NCBI RefSeq assembly: GCF_963506605.1
Contig: NC_083278.1
Location: 8,556,001 to 8,620,000, forward strand
Source: Zootoca vivipara
Lineage: Eukaryota
DNA: 64,000 nt
Direction: 5' to 3'
Positions 13,501-24,500 of this stretch are shown here, in pieces. Numbering within the stretch: position 1 is the stretch's first letter; the number at the start of each line of letters is the position of its first letter. The notes under the pieces were generated by a model, which saw nothing but the letters and a program-made list of their open reading frames with translations, was not told where the DNA came from and made no database searches. Made by a program: the position numbers and the translations under genes.

Positions 13501-16500
13501 AACTTGGCAGCTATGCAGAATAAGGCCAGTCTACATCCCACTCTCTAAACCAGGCATCCCCAAACTTCGGCCCTCCAGATATTTTGGCCTACAACTCCCA
13601 TGATCCCTAGCTAACAGGACCAGTGGTCGGGGAGGATGGGAATTGTAGTCCAAAACATCTGGAGGGCCGAAGTTTGGGGATGCCTGCTCTAAACATTTCA
13701 CTATCTAAAACAAAGTAATCCTTTTCAGACATAGCACGGAAAGAACAATATTGAGAGTCCATAAAATGCTTACTTGTTCAGCATTCTCGCAATCCCAAAG
13801 TCTCCAAGTTTTGCTATCACTCCATTATTGCTGAGAAAAATGTTCTGCAATCCATAAAAGTGTTGATTTATATACCGATTAATCACAATTGTCTCTAATC
13901 AGCGTACCGTACAAGGATTGTAATACTGTACTGTAGTAGATTGTTTAAAACTGTAAGATCAGATTTCGGTTAAAATGCTGCTGAAATAAAGGCTTCAGTA
14001 GGCACTGGAAGTTCAATAAGGAGGGTGTCTGTCAGACCTCAGCTGGAATGGAATTCACAATACTTTATAAGTCAAAACTTGGCAGCCAGTACAGTGGTGT
14101 TATATGCTCAAACTGTTTTGCACCGGTGAGCAACCTGGCTGCTGAATTCTGCACCAGCTGAAGTTTCTGAACCAGCTTCAGAGGCAGCCTCATGTGTAAT
14201 GTGCTGCAGTAATCTAACCTAGAGTTTACCCGAGCATAGACAACAGGTGTTAGTCTATCCCTGTCCAGATAGGGACACAGCTAGGCCACCAGTTGAAGCT
14301 GGTGGAAGGTGTGCTGTGCCACTGCGGTCACCTGAGGTGACAGCAATGGATCTCTGTACAAGAACAGTTGTAGCTGACATACCAACCACAACTGGGAAAA
14401 GGCACTCCCCCTTTGACTTACCTGTGCTTTTACATCTCTGTGCAGAATCTTCCTGTCATGTATATGCTTCAGTCCTAAGGAGATTTGCACAAACCAATTC
14501 AAGATCTATAGGCAAAGATAAAATGTAAATACCCCATAAACCACCACCACTGTAATTTCTACCAGGGCGGGGGGGGGGGACTTCCTTTAAAAGGTACATA
14601 TGCCAGGAAAAAAATGATGAATTTAATATCGTATACAGTAAATATCAGAAAAAATAAGATATACATCTCTTCATCAAAAAGCAGGAAATGGGGATTCCAA
14701 CCTCACTCTTGACATATAACCTGGACACAACTATCTATTCTACAAGGTCAGAACATACATTTAGACATCTAGTTAATAGAAGAAGCCATTCTCTGGGATT
14801 AGAGTCAAACAACTTCCTAACCACTCACCCTGAGTAGCAGGCACACTTCACATTTTCTGTAGTTCTCAGTAAGCCCAGTCCAGAATAGGTCCATCTGTTC
14901 CAGCAAATCCAAAATTTGCACCCAGGACTTCAGTTTGAGGCCAGCTTTTTAAAGCAGAGCAGGGAACCTGTGGTTCTCTGGATGTCGTTGGATCTCCCTG
15001 ATCATTGGTCATACAAAGGTACCCCAACAACATCCAGACACACAAATTATTATGGCACTAATGACTTGGTAAATAAAAGAAAATGAAAGGTAGGGTGCTA
15101 ATCTCCTCCTTGTCCTTTTTTTCTGTGATAAATAATTGAATGGAAGAATGCAAGGAAAGGCAGTTCTTCAAAATTCAAACCTACCTTGTCTTCATCAAAT
15201 AACACTCCACGCTGCAAAATTATCCTCTTCATTAGGTCACCTCCATCACAATATTCCATAATAATATATAACTTATTTTTCTCTATAATAAAAGTATATT
15301 AAGCTTATGAACAAACTTTGTATTTACAAATACAGCACTTAACCGCTTTCACAGCAACTGATATAGCAAAGTTAACCAAAGCAATAAATCAATTTAAAAA
15401 AATCTTGCCACCATCACTATTTCAAAAAATGCTTTAAGTCATTTAAAGTTTAATGTTTGTACTGTGCATGGTTCCTTCTATGAGTAGTGCAGTCAGGTAA
15501 TCTGTCTTGGAATAGTGATTTCAACTAAAGACTCCAAATTCTCAGGCTCACAACACCAAGATGCATATTTCATGCCAAACAGATTAAGATCTGGCTATCT
15601 CCAATATACTGATATTACAGATTTCCCACCTCTTGACCCCCACCCTACACTAGGTATACACAGCATTAGGGTAACTAGAAGCAAAGGACAATAGTGATCC
15701 TGTGTTCAAACATGTGCAAGGAGCCACTTTTCATAGTTCTGCATGAGAACCTAAACCACCCAAAATTAAATGCACAATGGTCCACTGTGAGAAGTAAAAA
15801 AATATTCCCAGATTGTTAATTTTCCACCACTGGGACAGAAATAATTTATTTAAATACCTTCTGAAAATCCTTCTTCTACACAACTATTAAAGGTACACAA
15901 TCCCTGTCCTCTTTTGCATCTGCTCACCCTGAGAGTTTTTTTTTAAACAAACAAACAAACAAACAAAGCCATAGAAAATGAGACCTTGAAAGGCAGTGTA
16001 GAAAGCTACTATATTAGGGTGCTTCATTTTGGACAGAACAGCGACTTCTTTCTGAGAGCATTCTTTTTCTTTTCTTGGCATCTAAATTGGTTGAGAAACA
16101 AGGAAGGAGAAGCATGTGATTATTACTGTCCCTTTTTCAGATGAAATTTAGAGACTTTATTATATAGTATTGAATATTTAAATATCTACTTTTTTATTTT
16201 GTTTTGATCACACATATACATAAAGATGGATAAATATGAAACCATTCCAAAACTAACTATATCCAATTCCCTATGTCATGAATCATGAGTGTAGTCAGGC
16301 ATCCCCAAACTGCGGCCCTCCAGATGTTTTGGCCTACAACTCCCATGATCCCTAGCTAACAGGACCAGTGGTCGGGGAAGATGGGAATTGTAGTCCAAAA
16401 CATCTGGAGGGCCGAAGTTTGGGGTTGCCTGGTGTAGATGATATACGTAACATCACTCTAAAAGGTAAGTGCATTTGGGACAGGTGGGAGGAGAGATTAT

Positions 16501-16621
16501 TTACCGTTGTTAAATTGATCTCCTTGATAACACATGGTTGATTGTTATCCTTTCCTTTAGCCAAGAATACTTTGCCAAAGGATCCTTCTCCAATCATTTT
16601 AATCACTTCATACTCATCCAT
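1502..16621 (-). CDS. NEK5: NIMA-related serine/threonine kinase 5, 3'-partial (continues beyond window start); 20 coding exons, about 698 codons in window
   Basis: Coding exons in transcription order: 16505-16621 ([25 protein letters not shown]), 15985-16081, 15185-15282 ([10 protein letters not shown]), 14422-14505 (HRDVKAQ), 13774-13844 (KLGDFG), 12785-12871 (GTPYYLSPE), 11605-11659 (DIWSLG), 11132-11332, 9528-9594 (GC donor, uncertain), 8220-8359, 6460-6656, 5577-5643 ([22 protein letters not shown]), 5297-5404 (GLRPSSAD), 4247-4330, 3833-3940, 3576-3656, 3152-3214, 2799-2904, 2299-2424, 1502-1639. Phases join into one open frame. NEK5-type post-kinase motifs and position next to NEK3 support the name. 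Confidence 0.93.
8042..8182. mobile_element. Tc1/mariner-type MITE
   Basis: ta|ccatatttttctgtctataaga ... tcttatacatggaaaaatacgg|ta. Confidence 0.65.
9994..10821 (-). mobile_element. 5'-truncated L1-clade LINE (ORF2 C-terminus, 3' UTR, poly-A)
   Basis: ORF 10323-10868 has KMMYRWH..CWKC..HMWWRC, the Cys/His zinc-binding C-terminus of L1-type ORF2. AATAAA at 10007-10012 (minus) and a short A-tail. 17-bp direct repeat taaaaatgttcttcatt at 9977-9993 and 10822-10838. Confidence 0.85.
11815..12173 (+). mobile_element. Sauria SINE, full length
   Basis: tRNA-like head (ggtggcgctgtgg..ttcgaatccc), body, and 3' cctttacc tail. Flanking repeat taggttccaaa at 11799 and 12174. Confidence 0.9.
13426..13515. 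mobile_element. Very short palindromic MITE
   Basis: catagctgccaagtt..ccctttt / aaaagggaaaacttggcagctatg inverted termini. Confidence 0.65.
13551..13686. mobile_element. hAT-type palindromic MITE, 136 bp
   Basis: Terminal inverted repeats (TIRs) caggcatccccaaact / agtttggggatgcctg and a perfect 8-bp TSD ctctaaac. Confidence 0.9.
16296..16431. mobile_element. hAT MITE, same family
   Basis: Near-identical to 13551-13686. Confidence 0.88.
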
Positions 16622-16680
16622 GTTGTGGATTTAGAGAAATGTCTGTAAAACAAAAATATTTAAGTGATAGATACTTAATA

Positions 16681-16920
16681 CAGTGGTACCTCAGTTTACG
16701 AACTTAATCCGTTCCGGAAGTCCGTTCTTAAACCAAAACAGTTCTTAAACTGAGGCGCACTTTCCCTAATGAGGCCTCCCACCGCCGGTGCCCTTCCACG
16801 TTCGGATTCCGTTCTTAGACCAAGGTAAAGCTCTCAAACCGGGACACTACTTCCGGTTTTGCGGAGTTCATAAACCGAATAGTTCTTAAGCAGGGCTGTT
16901 ATTAAACCGAGGTACCACTG
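16681..16920. mobile_element. Tc1/mariner (Tigger/pogo-like) MITE
   Basis: TA|cagtggtacctc...gaggtaccactg|TA. Confidence 0.85.
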
Positions 16921-17647
16921 TATCTACAAACTCATAAGATACTGTTTTATTAAACTGTAAACATTAATTCATCATACATACAAAAACATTTAGGAAACCA
17001 GACTCTACCAATTGTTTCAGAAGTTTGTCCCACAAAGATTAAAAAATGTTGATTAGGTACAATCCGAAACATTAAGAGGGTATTCACACACCTACTCCAT
17101 TAGAAGTGAAACGATGAAACTAATAGATTTGGGGAGAATTGCCTTTATTAAAGATTGATTATCATCACATTGTCTGTGGGAGCTACACCCATTGCACATG
17201 TGAAAGAAATATACTTCTGATTCATAAATGGCATGCAGAAGAACCCTCCTCATCCTGTTTGTTGTGAAATACACACACATCCTGTATTCCAGCCTTTACC
17301 AAACGGTTGTTTGGGACTAAAACTCTAGCTGGGGACTGAGGATAGTTGTAGTCCAAAACATATGGAGGACACCAAGTTGGCAAAAAGCTGCTCTATTCCA
17401 TACAATACTTAATTAAACTAAGGTTACTGGATTTTTTCAATGAATCCAGAGACACTTTTAAACTTCAGTAGGAATGATAGGCTTTTGTATGGGGACTGAT
17501 TTGTAAATCCGGTGACTGTCCCCGGGAAATGGGGACATCTGGTAACCTTAAACTGGAGTAAAATGAAAAGAGCATGTTGCTGCTTGTGGTCCCAGGGTAG
17601 AGTACTGACATGTTCTATTTTTAGATAGAAAACTCTTCTGTTTAAAG

Positions 17648-18055
17648 CAGGGGTCCCCAGACTACGGCCCCCGGGCCGGATGCGGCCCAATTAGCCTCCC
17701 AATCCGGCCCGCAACGACCCCCGCCGCCCGCTGCCGCCGCCCGCTATTACGGCGCGCGGCAGCGATCTTCAAAATCGGCAAAAAATCGCCGAAAATTCTT
17801 TGTGCGCATGCGTATGGGCCTCTCCCGACCCAGAAGAGGTCATTTCCGATGCACTTCCGGGTTGGGGGAGGCCCATACGCGTGCGCACAAGCGATTTTCG
17901 GCGATTTTCCCCGACCGTGTGCGTGTGCGCATGCGCACGGGCACGCACTCCCCCGCCCTCCGGCCCGCTGCGCGCGCACTCCCCTACTCTCCGGCCCGCC
18001 GCGCAGTCGGCGCGGCGGGCACCGACCCGAAGCCCGATAAGTCTGGGGACCCCTG
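17648..18055. mobile_element. CpG-rich non-autonomous hAT (Charlie-like) element
   Basis: TIRs caggggtccccagact / agtctggggacccctg, perfect TSD gtttaaag, and a long internal inverted repeat. Confidence 0.88.
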
Positions 18056-18076
18056 GTTTAAAGGCTTCCTCTAATT

Positions 18077-18210
18077 CAGTGTTTCCCAAACTTAGGACAT
18101 CAGCTGTTTGGACTACAAGCCCCATTATCCCTAGCTAGCAAAACCAGTGGGCACGAATGATGGCAACTGTAGCCCAAAACCAGCCGGAGACCCAAGTTTG
18201 AGAAACACTG
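18077..18210. mobile_element. hAT MITE, related subfamily
   Basis: TIRs cagtgtttcccaaactt / aagtttgagaaacactg and TSD ctctaatt. Confidence 0.85.
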
Positions 18211-19039
18211 CTCTAATTCGAAGGACAGTCTGGTTTAAAGATAAACATCTCTAAGAAAAGACAGTTAAGAGTCCTGAAGTTGCACCTGAACAGCAGATTG
18301 GTCAGATATTTCCAAACAATGGTGAGATGTATTTTACTTGTTTCAATTACAGCAATTATTTCTACCATACATATTATTGTGTGCGCACAAATGATATGTA
18401 AAACCAGCATCCTCTTTCTTTGATGATGCATTCATTTTTCTTTGGGTCAATGTGTAAGTGGACACTCTATAACCCACAGCACAGGTTTGCAGCCACCTTG
18501 CAGGTCTGTCTGGAACTTGCTTGGATGGAAGGAGCTGCCTTCAATTCCACAAAGTGGAAAAGGCTGGATATAAAAATGTACTAAATAACACATAAAATTT
18601 ACTCAGACTAGACCTGCTGAAATGAATAGGCCTAAGTTAATCATGTTCATTCATTTCAACAGATCTACTCCTGAGTAAAAAAAATAGTTTGATGACTACC
18701 CCAGGGAGAATAAATATCCATTTGCCACCCGAGTCATTCAAGATCCCACTTCTTGTTAGTATAAATGTAGCCCCTCCACCCCCCCCAAAAAAATTGAAGC
18801 ATTTTTCTCAAATATAGGCCACTTGGTAGCATGAGCACACTTTTTCATGCAGCAGTTCCCAAAGTGGGAATCTGCAACGCTGCATGTGTCAATGGTTCTC
18901 AGCAATGCCTTTTTCCTGGGGGGACGCAGACCCCTAAACATGTGTCCATGGAGGCACAGGTTAATTCTGTGTCCAGGACGGCTGTCTACTAGCTCCATCT
19001 GGTACGCAGGCTGAGACCCTACCTGCTCACAGACTGCCT

Positions 19040-19595
19040 TAACAGAGTGGTGCATGCTCTGTTTATCTCCCGCTTGGACTACTGCAATGCGCTCTACGTG
19101 GGGCTACCTTTGAAGGTGACCCGGAAACTGCAATTAATCCAGAATGCGGCAGCTAGACTGGTGACTGGGAGTGGCCACCGAGACCACATAACACCGGTCT
19201 TGAAAGATCTACACTGGCTCCCAGTACGTTTCCGAGCACAATTCAAAGTGTTGGTACTGACCTTTAAAGTCCTAAACAGCCTCAGTCCTGTATACCTGAA
19301 GGAGCGTCTCCACCCCCATCATTCAGCCCAGACACTGAGATCCAGCGCCAAGGGCCTTCTGGCGGTTCCCTCATTGTGAGAAGTGAGTTTACAGGGAACC
19401 AGACAGAGAGCCTTCATGGTAGTGGCACCCGCCCTCTGGAATGCCCTCCCAGCAGATGGCAAGGCAATAAGCAACTATTTTACTTTTAAAAGACAACTGT
19501 TTAGGGAAGTATTTAATGTTTGATGCTGTAATGTTTTTAATATTCGGTTGGAAGCCGCCCAGGGTGGCTGGGGAAACCCAGCCAGATGGGCGGGG

Positions 19596-19635
<40 letters not shown>
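19040..19635 (+). mobile_element. 5'-truncated L2-clade LINE with (TAA)n tail
   Basis: ORF 19047-19379 SRLDYCNALY..LQLIQNAAARL..HITPVLKDLHWLPV is a typical L2 ORF2 C-terminus. The 3' UTR ends in a TAA microsatellite. Confidence 0.85.
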
Positions 19636-19660
19636 TATTATTATTATTATTATTATTATT
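19597..19660. repeat. (TAA)n directly followed by (TTA)n
   Basis: Visible directly in the sequence. Confidence 0.9.
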
Positions 19661-20049
19661 AATATATAAACATTTTGTGGATCCAAGTTTGGCCTCATTG
19701 AGGGGCAGTCTTTCAATCTGAGTGGGAAAATGAGAGTACCCCTAAACATTTTTTTAGGGGGGGAAAGCACTGGTCATCAGACTTTGAGAAGCTGATCTCG
19801 CTGGATAATTGAAATAATGAAACTAGTTCCAACAGGATTTTGAATAACTCTGCAATCAAGTTTTGTGACCGCTTCAAATTTTTTACTGCGCTCCTTTCTC
19901 TTCCTTAGCCCTTCCACCCGTCGATCTCTGGGGCGGTTAGCAGCAGAAAAAAAGGCAAGATTAAAAAACACAAAATGCATACTCGAAACCAAGCATAGGG
20001 TAGGGTTAGGGTAGCGGGCACTGGCGATAGGCTTCATGTAACCAAGAGG

Positions 20050-20610
20050 GCAGTGCACCCCCCCCCACCCCCACAAAGTCGCTGCTTTAACGGAGGCGAA
20101 CCCACAAGCGGGGAAAGGGGCGGGTGGCGGTTGAGGCGGCGGCGGCGGCAGCCTCGGGAAGGCGACCCTCCGTTTTTTACGCGCGGGTTACCCGGCGAGC
20201 CGGCTTCCGAGTCCGCATGTAGGGGGTTGTCTCCAAAGCGGGGCACCCAAACGCCATAGGGTGGGCGGTGGGGTTAAGCGCGTCCCTCCGTGTGGTTCGT
20301 CCTCCTCGCTCGCGAAGGGAGCAGGCCCTCTCCTCCTCCCCGCCCTCCGCGTTGCCAAGGCGACGGAGAGAAAAAAAGACGCGCGGGCCGGTTCCGCAGC
20401 CCGCGGCTCTATGACGCCTTGGCTGTCGCACGAGGGAAGGGAGGGCGGGGAAGGGGTCGCTGCCACCCACACCTGCCCTTTGAGACAATTCAAGGCACAC
20501 CAGGGCGAGTAAAAAAAGCACGCAGGATCCAGCTCCTGAGAACCCAGCATCAGATTTAGGGTGATAAGAGCAGCTTCCCCGCACAGGGTGGCAAGCCGGG
20601 GGGGGGGGTG
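20050..20610 (-). promoter_or_regulatory. NEK5: CpG island, probable NEK5 promoter and non-coding first exon
   Basis: GC- and CpG-rich unique sequence about 3.5 kb upstream of the ATG exon (acceptor at 16642). It has GC boxes, a candidate donor CGG|gtaacc at 20192 and an X-box at 20351-20364. Confidence 0.7.
20351..20364. promoter_or_regulatory. RFX X-box motif
   Basis: GTTGCCAAGGCGAC; the minus strand GTCGCC-TT-GGCAAC fits GTNRCC(N0-3)RGYAAC. Confidence 0.65.
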
Positions 20611-21541
20611 AATGACAACAAAAACACCAACAGCATCTATAGGAATCAGCTAAGATCTATTTAAAAATTTTGTCCTTGCTTAGCATTCCAGCAAAGTTTT
20701 GGACATACAGGAACATGGCTTTTAGGATGTATAGGCAGAATAACTTCCTTGAACCGACAAACAGGGCAAGCAGATGCATGTGTGCTTTGAAGTAAGCCTC
20801 ACTGAGGTTACAGTAAAAAAAAGTTTAGGCACATGTACCTGTGAACAGAAAGGGAGTTTGAAAGTTGTGTTTATCCTTCCATTGGTCTAGTTCTCAAATA
20901 AATTTCAGTTCCAATAGAGCCTTTCCCAAGAACTTAGTAAACAGGTTGTAGTAGATGGTGTTCTGTGTTCAACTAAATTTTATGCAGAATTGTTTCATTG
21001 AAAGTAACGGACCTAACTTAGTCATGTTCCTTAATTTTACTAGGTCCGCTTTGAGTAAAACTTGGTTGAATACCACCCAGTGTTTTTGGCACCTTAAGAA
21101 AGGCATTATAAATGTACAGGGTTAACTCAGCTAGAAGGCTAAAATTGCCTTTACCAGCTTGTGCATTTGAATTACTATTTGGATTATTTATTACATTTAT
21201 ATAGGACCCTTCATCCAAAGATCACAGGGTGGTTTACAGTAGAAAAACACAAACTACATAACACAGTAACAAACAAACACAAAAAACCACCCCACCTTTA
21301 TATAGGAAACAACACCTTAGGAAGATGAATGTTCACATTTATTCTGAAAGTGCTATACTTCTCTACCACTCCAAAATACAAAAGCTTAGCCAGTACACTG
21401 GTGTCCAAAGAATTTCATCCAGAATCACTGTAGCTAGTATGCTAATGGAGAACTTTCAAATTGTTGAGCAACATTTTTTGCATCAAGACATTTGGTTATC
21501 TGATGGTACCAAATTCTTCACTTCCTCCATTATTCAATTAT

Positions 21542-24500
21542 TTATTCACTCTCCATTTTGGTCATCCTTTTTAATTCAAAAAGCCAGTCTGGATCATCAT
21601 CTGCTTCGAAATCCCTACAAAATGAAAGCAAAAGAGCCAAATTTTAACATGGTTTTTAAAAAATAATCGGACTAAAGAAATGGAAGGGCCTCTACTTTCC
21701 TGCAATGAACTCCAAGTGTCCACGTAAGATATTCTACCCATAAAAACAGTCCTGTAGATTCTACTATTTTTCCAGAACAATCTGTTCTGCTGTCCAATCA
21801 AAGTTATTTTTCTAGATATCCAAACTTAAGCTGTTTTAATTCAGTACGAATACCAGGACCCTCTTGATGTAGATGGACTCCAAATCCCGCCAGTCCCAGC
21901 CAACATGGACAAAGATCGGCCATGATGGAAGTTGTAGAGGAAGTATCTATCTTTGGTGTACACAGCACTTCTTTAATAAGGACTTGAGAGGCTTGGGTGG
22001 GTTTTTTTTTCTTCCTCAACACAGTGTTTTAGATTTTTGAAATTACTATGATGTCCTCCACTTAAATATTCCTAGTTCCTCCTTCACAAAACACTCATGT
22101 ATCTCATATCAGCTTTATCATTCTGTTCTGAATATTCTTCAATATGTTTCTAGACATAGAACGTAACTTGCAAATGGCTGACACTTCTCTCCACCACTGG
22201 CATATTTGGATTCTAGAGACTACATGAACCGGTGGCCATGTAACAAACATACCGTAGATTTACATGACCCATAGCTTCCTGTACTGACAATTCATTCTAA
22301 AATATCCCCTAAGTTCCAGAAGTGACTTAACAAATGGAGAGGGAGACTGCAATTAGAAGGCAGGATCTAAAACAGGCATCCCCAAACTGCAGCCCTCCAG
22401 ATGTTTTGGCCTACAACTCTCATGATCCCTAGCTAACAGGACCAGTGGTCGGGGAAGATGGGAATTGTAATCCAAAACAACTGGAGGGCCGAAGTTTGGG
22501 GATGTCTGATCTAAAGTTTCACATGCAGAAACTCCTCAAGATGGTGCTTCTTAACACTGCTGCAACTTCAAAAGCAAGTGATGTTAGAAAATGACACAAA
22601 ACTATAGATAGTTGGGTTTTAAATAAGGAATGTTTCTTTTGGAGCTGTTGTTTCAAGATATAAAAAAACCTCCAAGAATAAAGCTTTCAAATTGTATTTG
22701 AACATACGTGTCCTCGTCATCTGATCTAGGTTCAAGTCTCTCTGCATCCTCCATAATAGTTTCACCATCTGGTTCATCAGATGTTTTCATATCTTCAGTA
22801 AGTGGTCCTCTCAGGAGGTCACTAGAGCCTTTAAAATCAGCAAAATGAAAACAGGAATTATCAGTCCTGTCCCAATGATTAAACAGCTTCAGTATTAAGT
22901 TCAATATAAGAACAATGTATTTTACTCCATCATTACTTCCTGTTTCATTTCATTTCCTGTTTTGTTCATGTAAAAGTCTATCTCATTAAGAGGTGAAAGC
23001 TTGCGTCAATGACAAAGAAACCTCTGTTGCTTTCCCCCTCTTTATAACCATTATCCGAGATTTCTTCTTTTGGGTTGTATCCAAAAGGTTGTGCCATATG
23101 TGCAAGGATTTTTGCAATGAAACTTTCCGTCCCCCATCTCTTCTTGCACACCCCTTGCATACCAGCTCAGAGCCTAGGGATTGCCGATTAGAAGGTCAGT
23201 GGTTCGAATCCCCGCAATGGGGTGAGCTCCTGTTGCTTGGTCCCAGCTCCTGCCAACCTAGCAGTTCAAAAGTACGTCAAAGTGCAAGTAGATAAATAGG
23301 TACCTCTGTGGCAGGAAGGTAAACAGCATTTCCATGCACTGCTCTGGTTTCACCAGAAGCGGCTTAGTCATGCTGGCCACATGACCCATAAAAACTGTCT
23401 GCAGACAAACGCTGGCTCCCTCGGCCAGTAAAGCGAGATGAGCGCTGCAACCCCAGAGTCGTCTGTGACTGGACTTAAGGGTCAGGGGTCCCTTTACCTT
23501 TACCTTTACCAGGGAGGCAGAGAGAGGTAAAATTCCTTACACAAGAAGTCTTTATGTGATTGGATACAACCCTTTATTTTTAAATATTCACCATTACATT
23601 CATAGACCTATTCGCCACCGGCACTAGACTGATCTTGTCTAATTTTGCCTTGTAATTTTTTTTAAGCTTAAGGCAAAGCCCCCTATACTGCGGTTCTGAA
23701 GAGCCTAACAACCAGCTGGCTGTCAGGTACTTGGGAAGAGGATACACAAGCGACTCTGACAGGTGGGCAGGGCATATAATGCCAGGTGAATTGACAAGTG
23801 GCTTGTCCAGCCCACCTGTCGAAGTTGAACTGTGGGAGTGGGAGAACAGACAGCAATCCGGTCCACCAGGCCTAAAAGGTTCCTCATCCTTGATCGATGG
23901 ATTGGGGCCCTGACCAGCAAATTAACCCAAATTAACCCCTGCCACCATTATGATTTACCTCCTTTGCAGATTGTGTATGTTTTAAAAGCTAAGCTAACAT
24001 CAGCATTGCGAAGAATATTCATCAAGGTTTCAGGAGGCTCCTTGGTCCACTGCTTTCGTGTGACATTTTCATCATATCTTCTTACGTCACCACCTTTTCA
24101 CACAAATAATAAGACATGACAATGTTGGGACAGTAACCCACATCAAGTTGCCAAAAATAAAAGTAACCATTTAGAGAAAAGACCACCGAGCAGCTCACAG
24201 GCTGCCCACCCCTGGTTTAAAGGGCAGCAAGTGTGTGAAATTACTGAACTGGAATTCACTGATTGGTCTGTCAGAGTTTCATCAGGCATTAATGGCGATT
24301 TAGGTTGGCTGACTTGCAGCAAACAGTACCTCACAAGTGGTGCCATGCAAATGGAGAGCTAGCCTACGAAGGCTGGATGTGCCTGGCTCCTCGCGATTGA
24401 AAAATTAAAACAGTTGCTACTGATCGGTACAGAATCTCAAGGAGGAATTAAACACTGCACTAATTAGATGGTTTCATGAGGCAAGCAGAAATGGACTCTA

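Noticed and set aside
21571-21815. Alternative NEK3 last exon (NNFDWTAEQ-like text)
   Set aside because: It is in the wrong phase, and 21542-21614 has a proper acceptor and the expected DFE..DPDW motif.
16622-22708. In-frame NEK3-NEK5 double-kinase read-through fusion
   Set aside because: The NEK3 penultimate exon ends in phase 2, out of frame with the NEK5 ATG, and the 21-nt leader has a TAA in the ATG frame.
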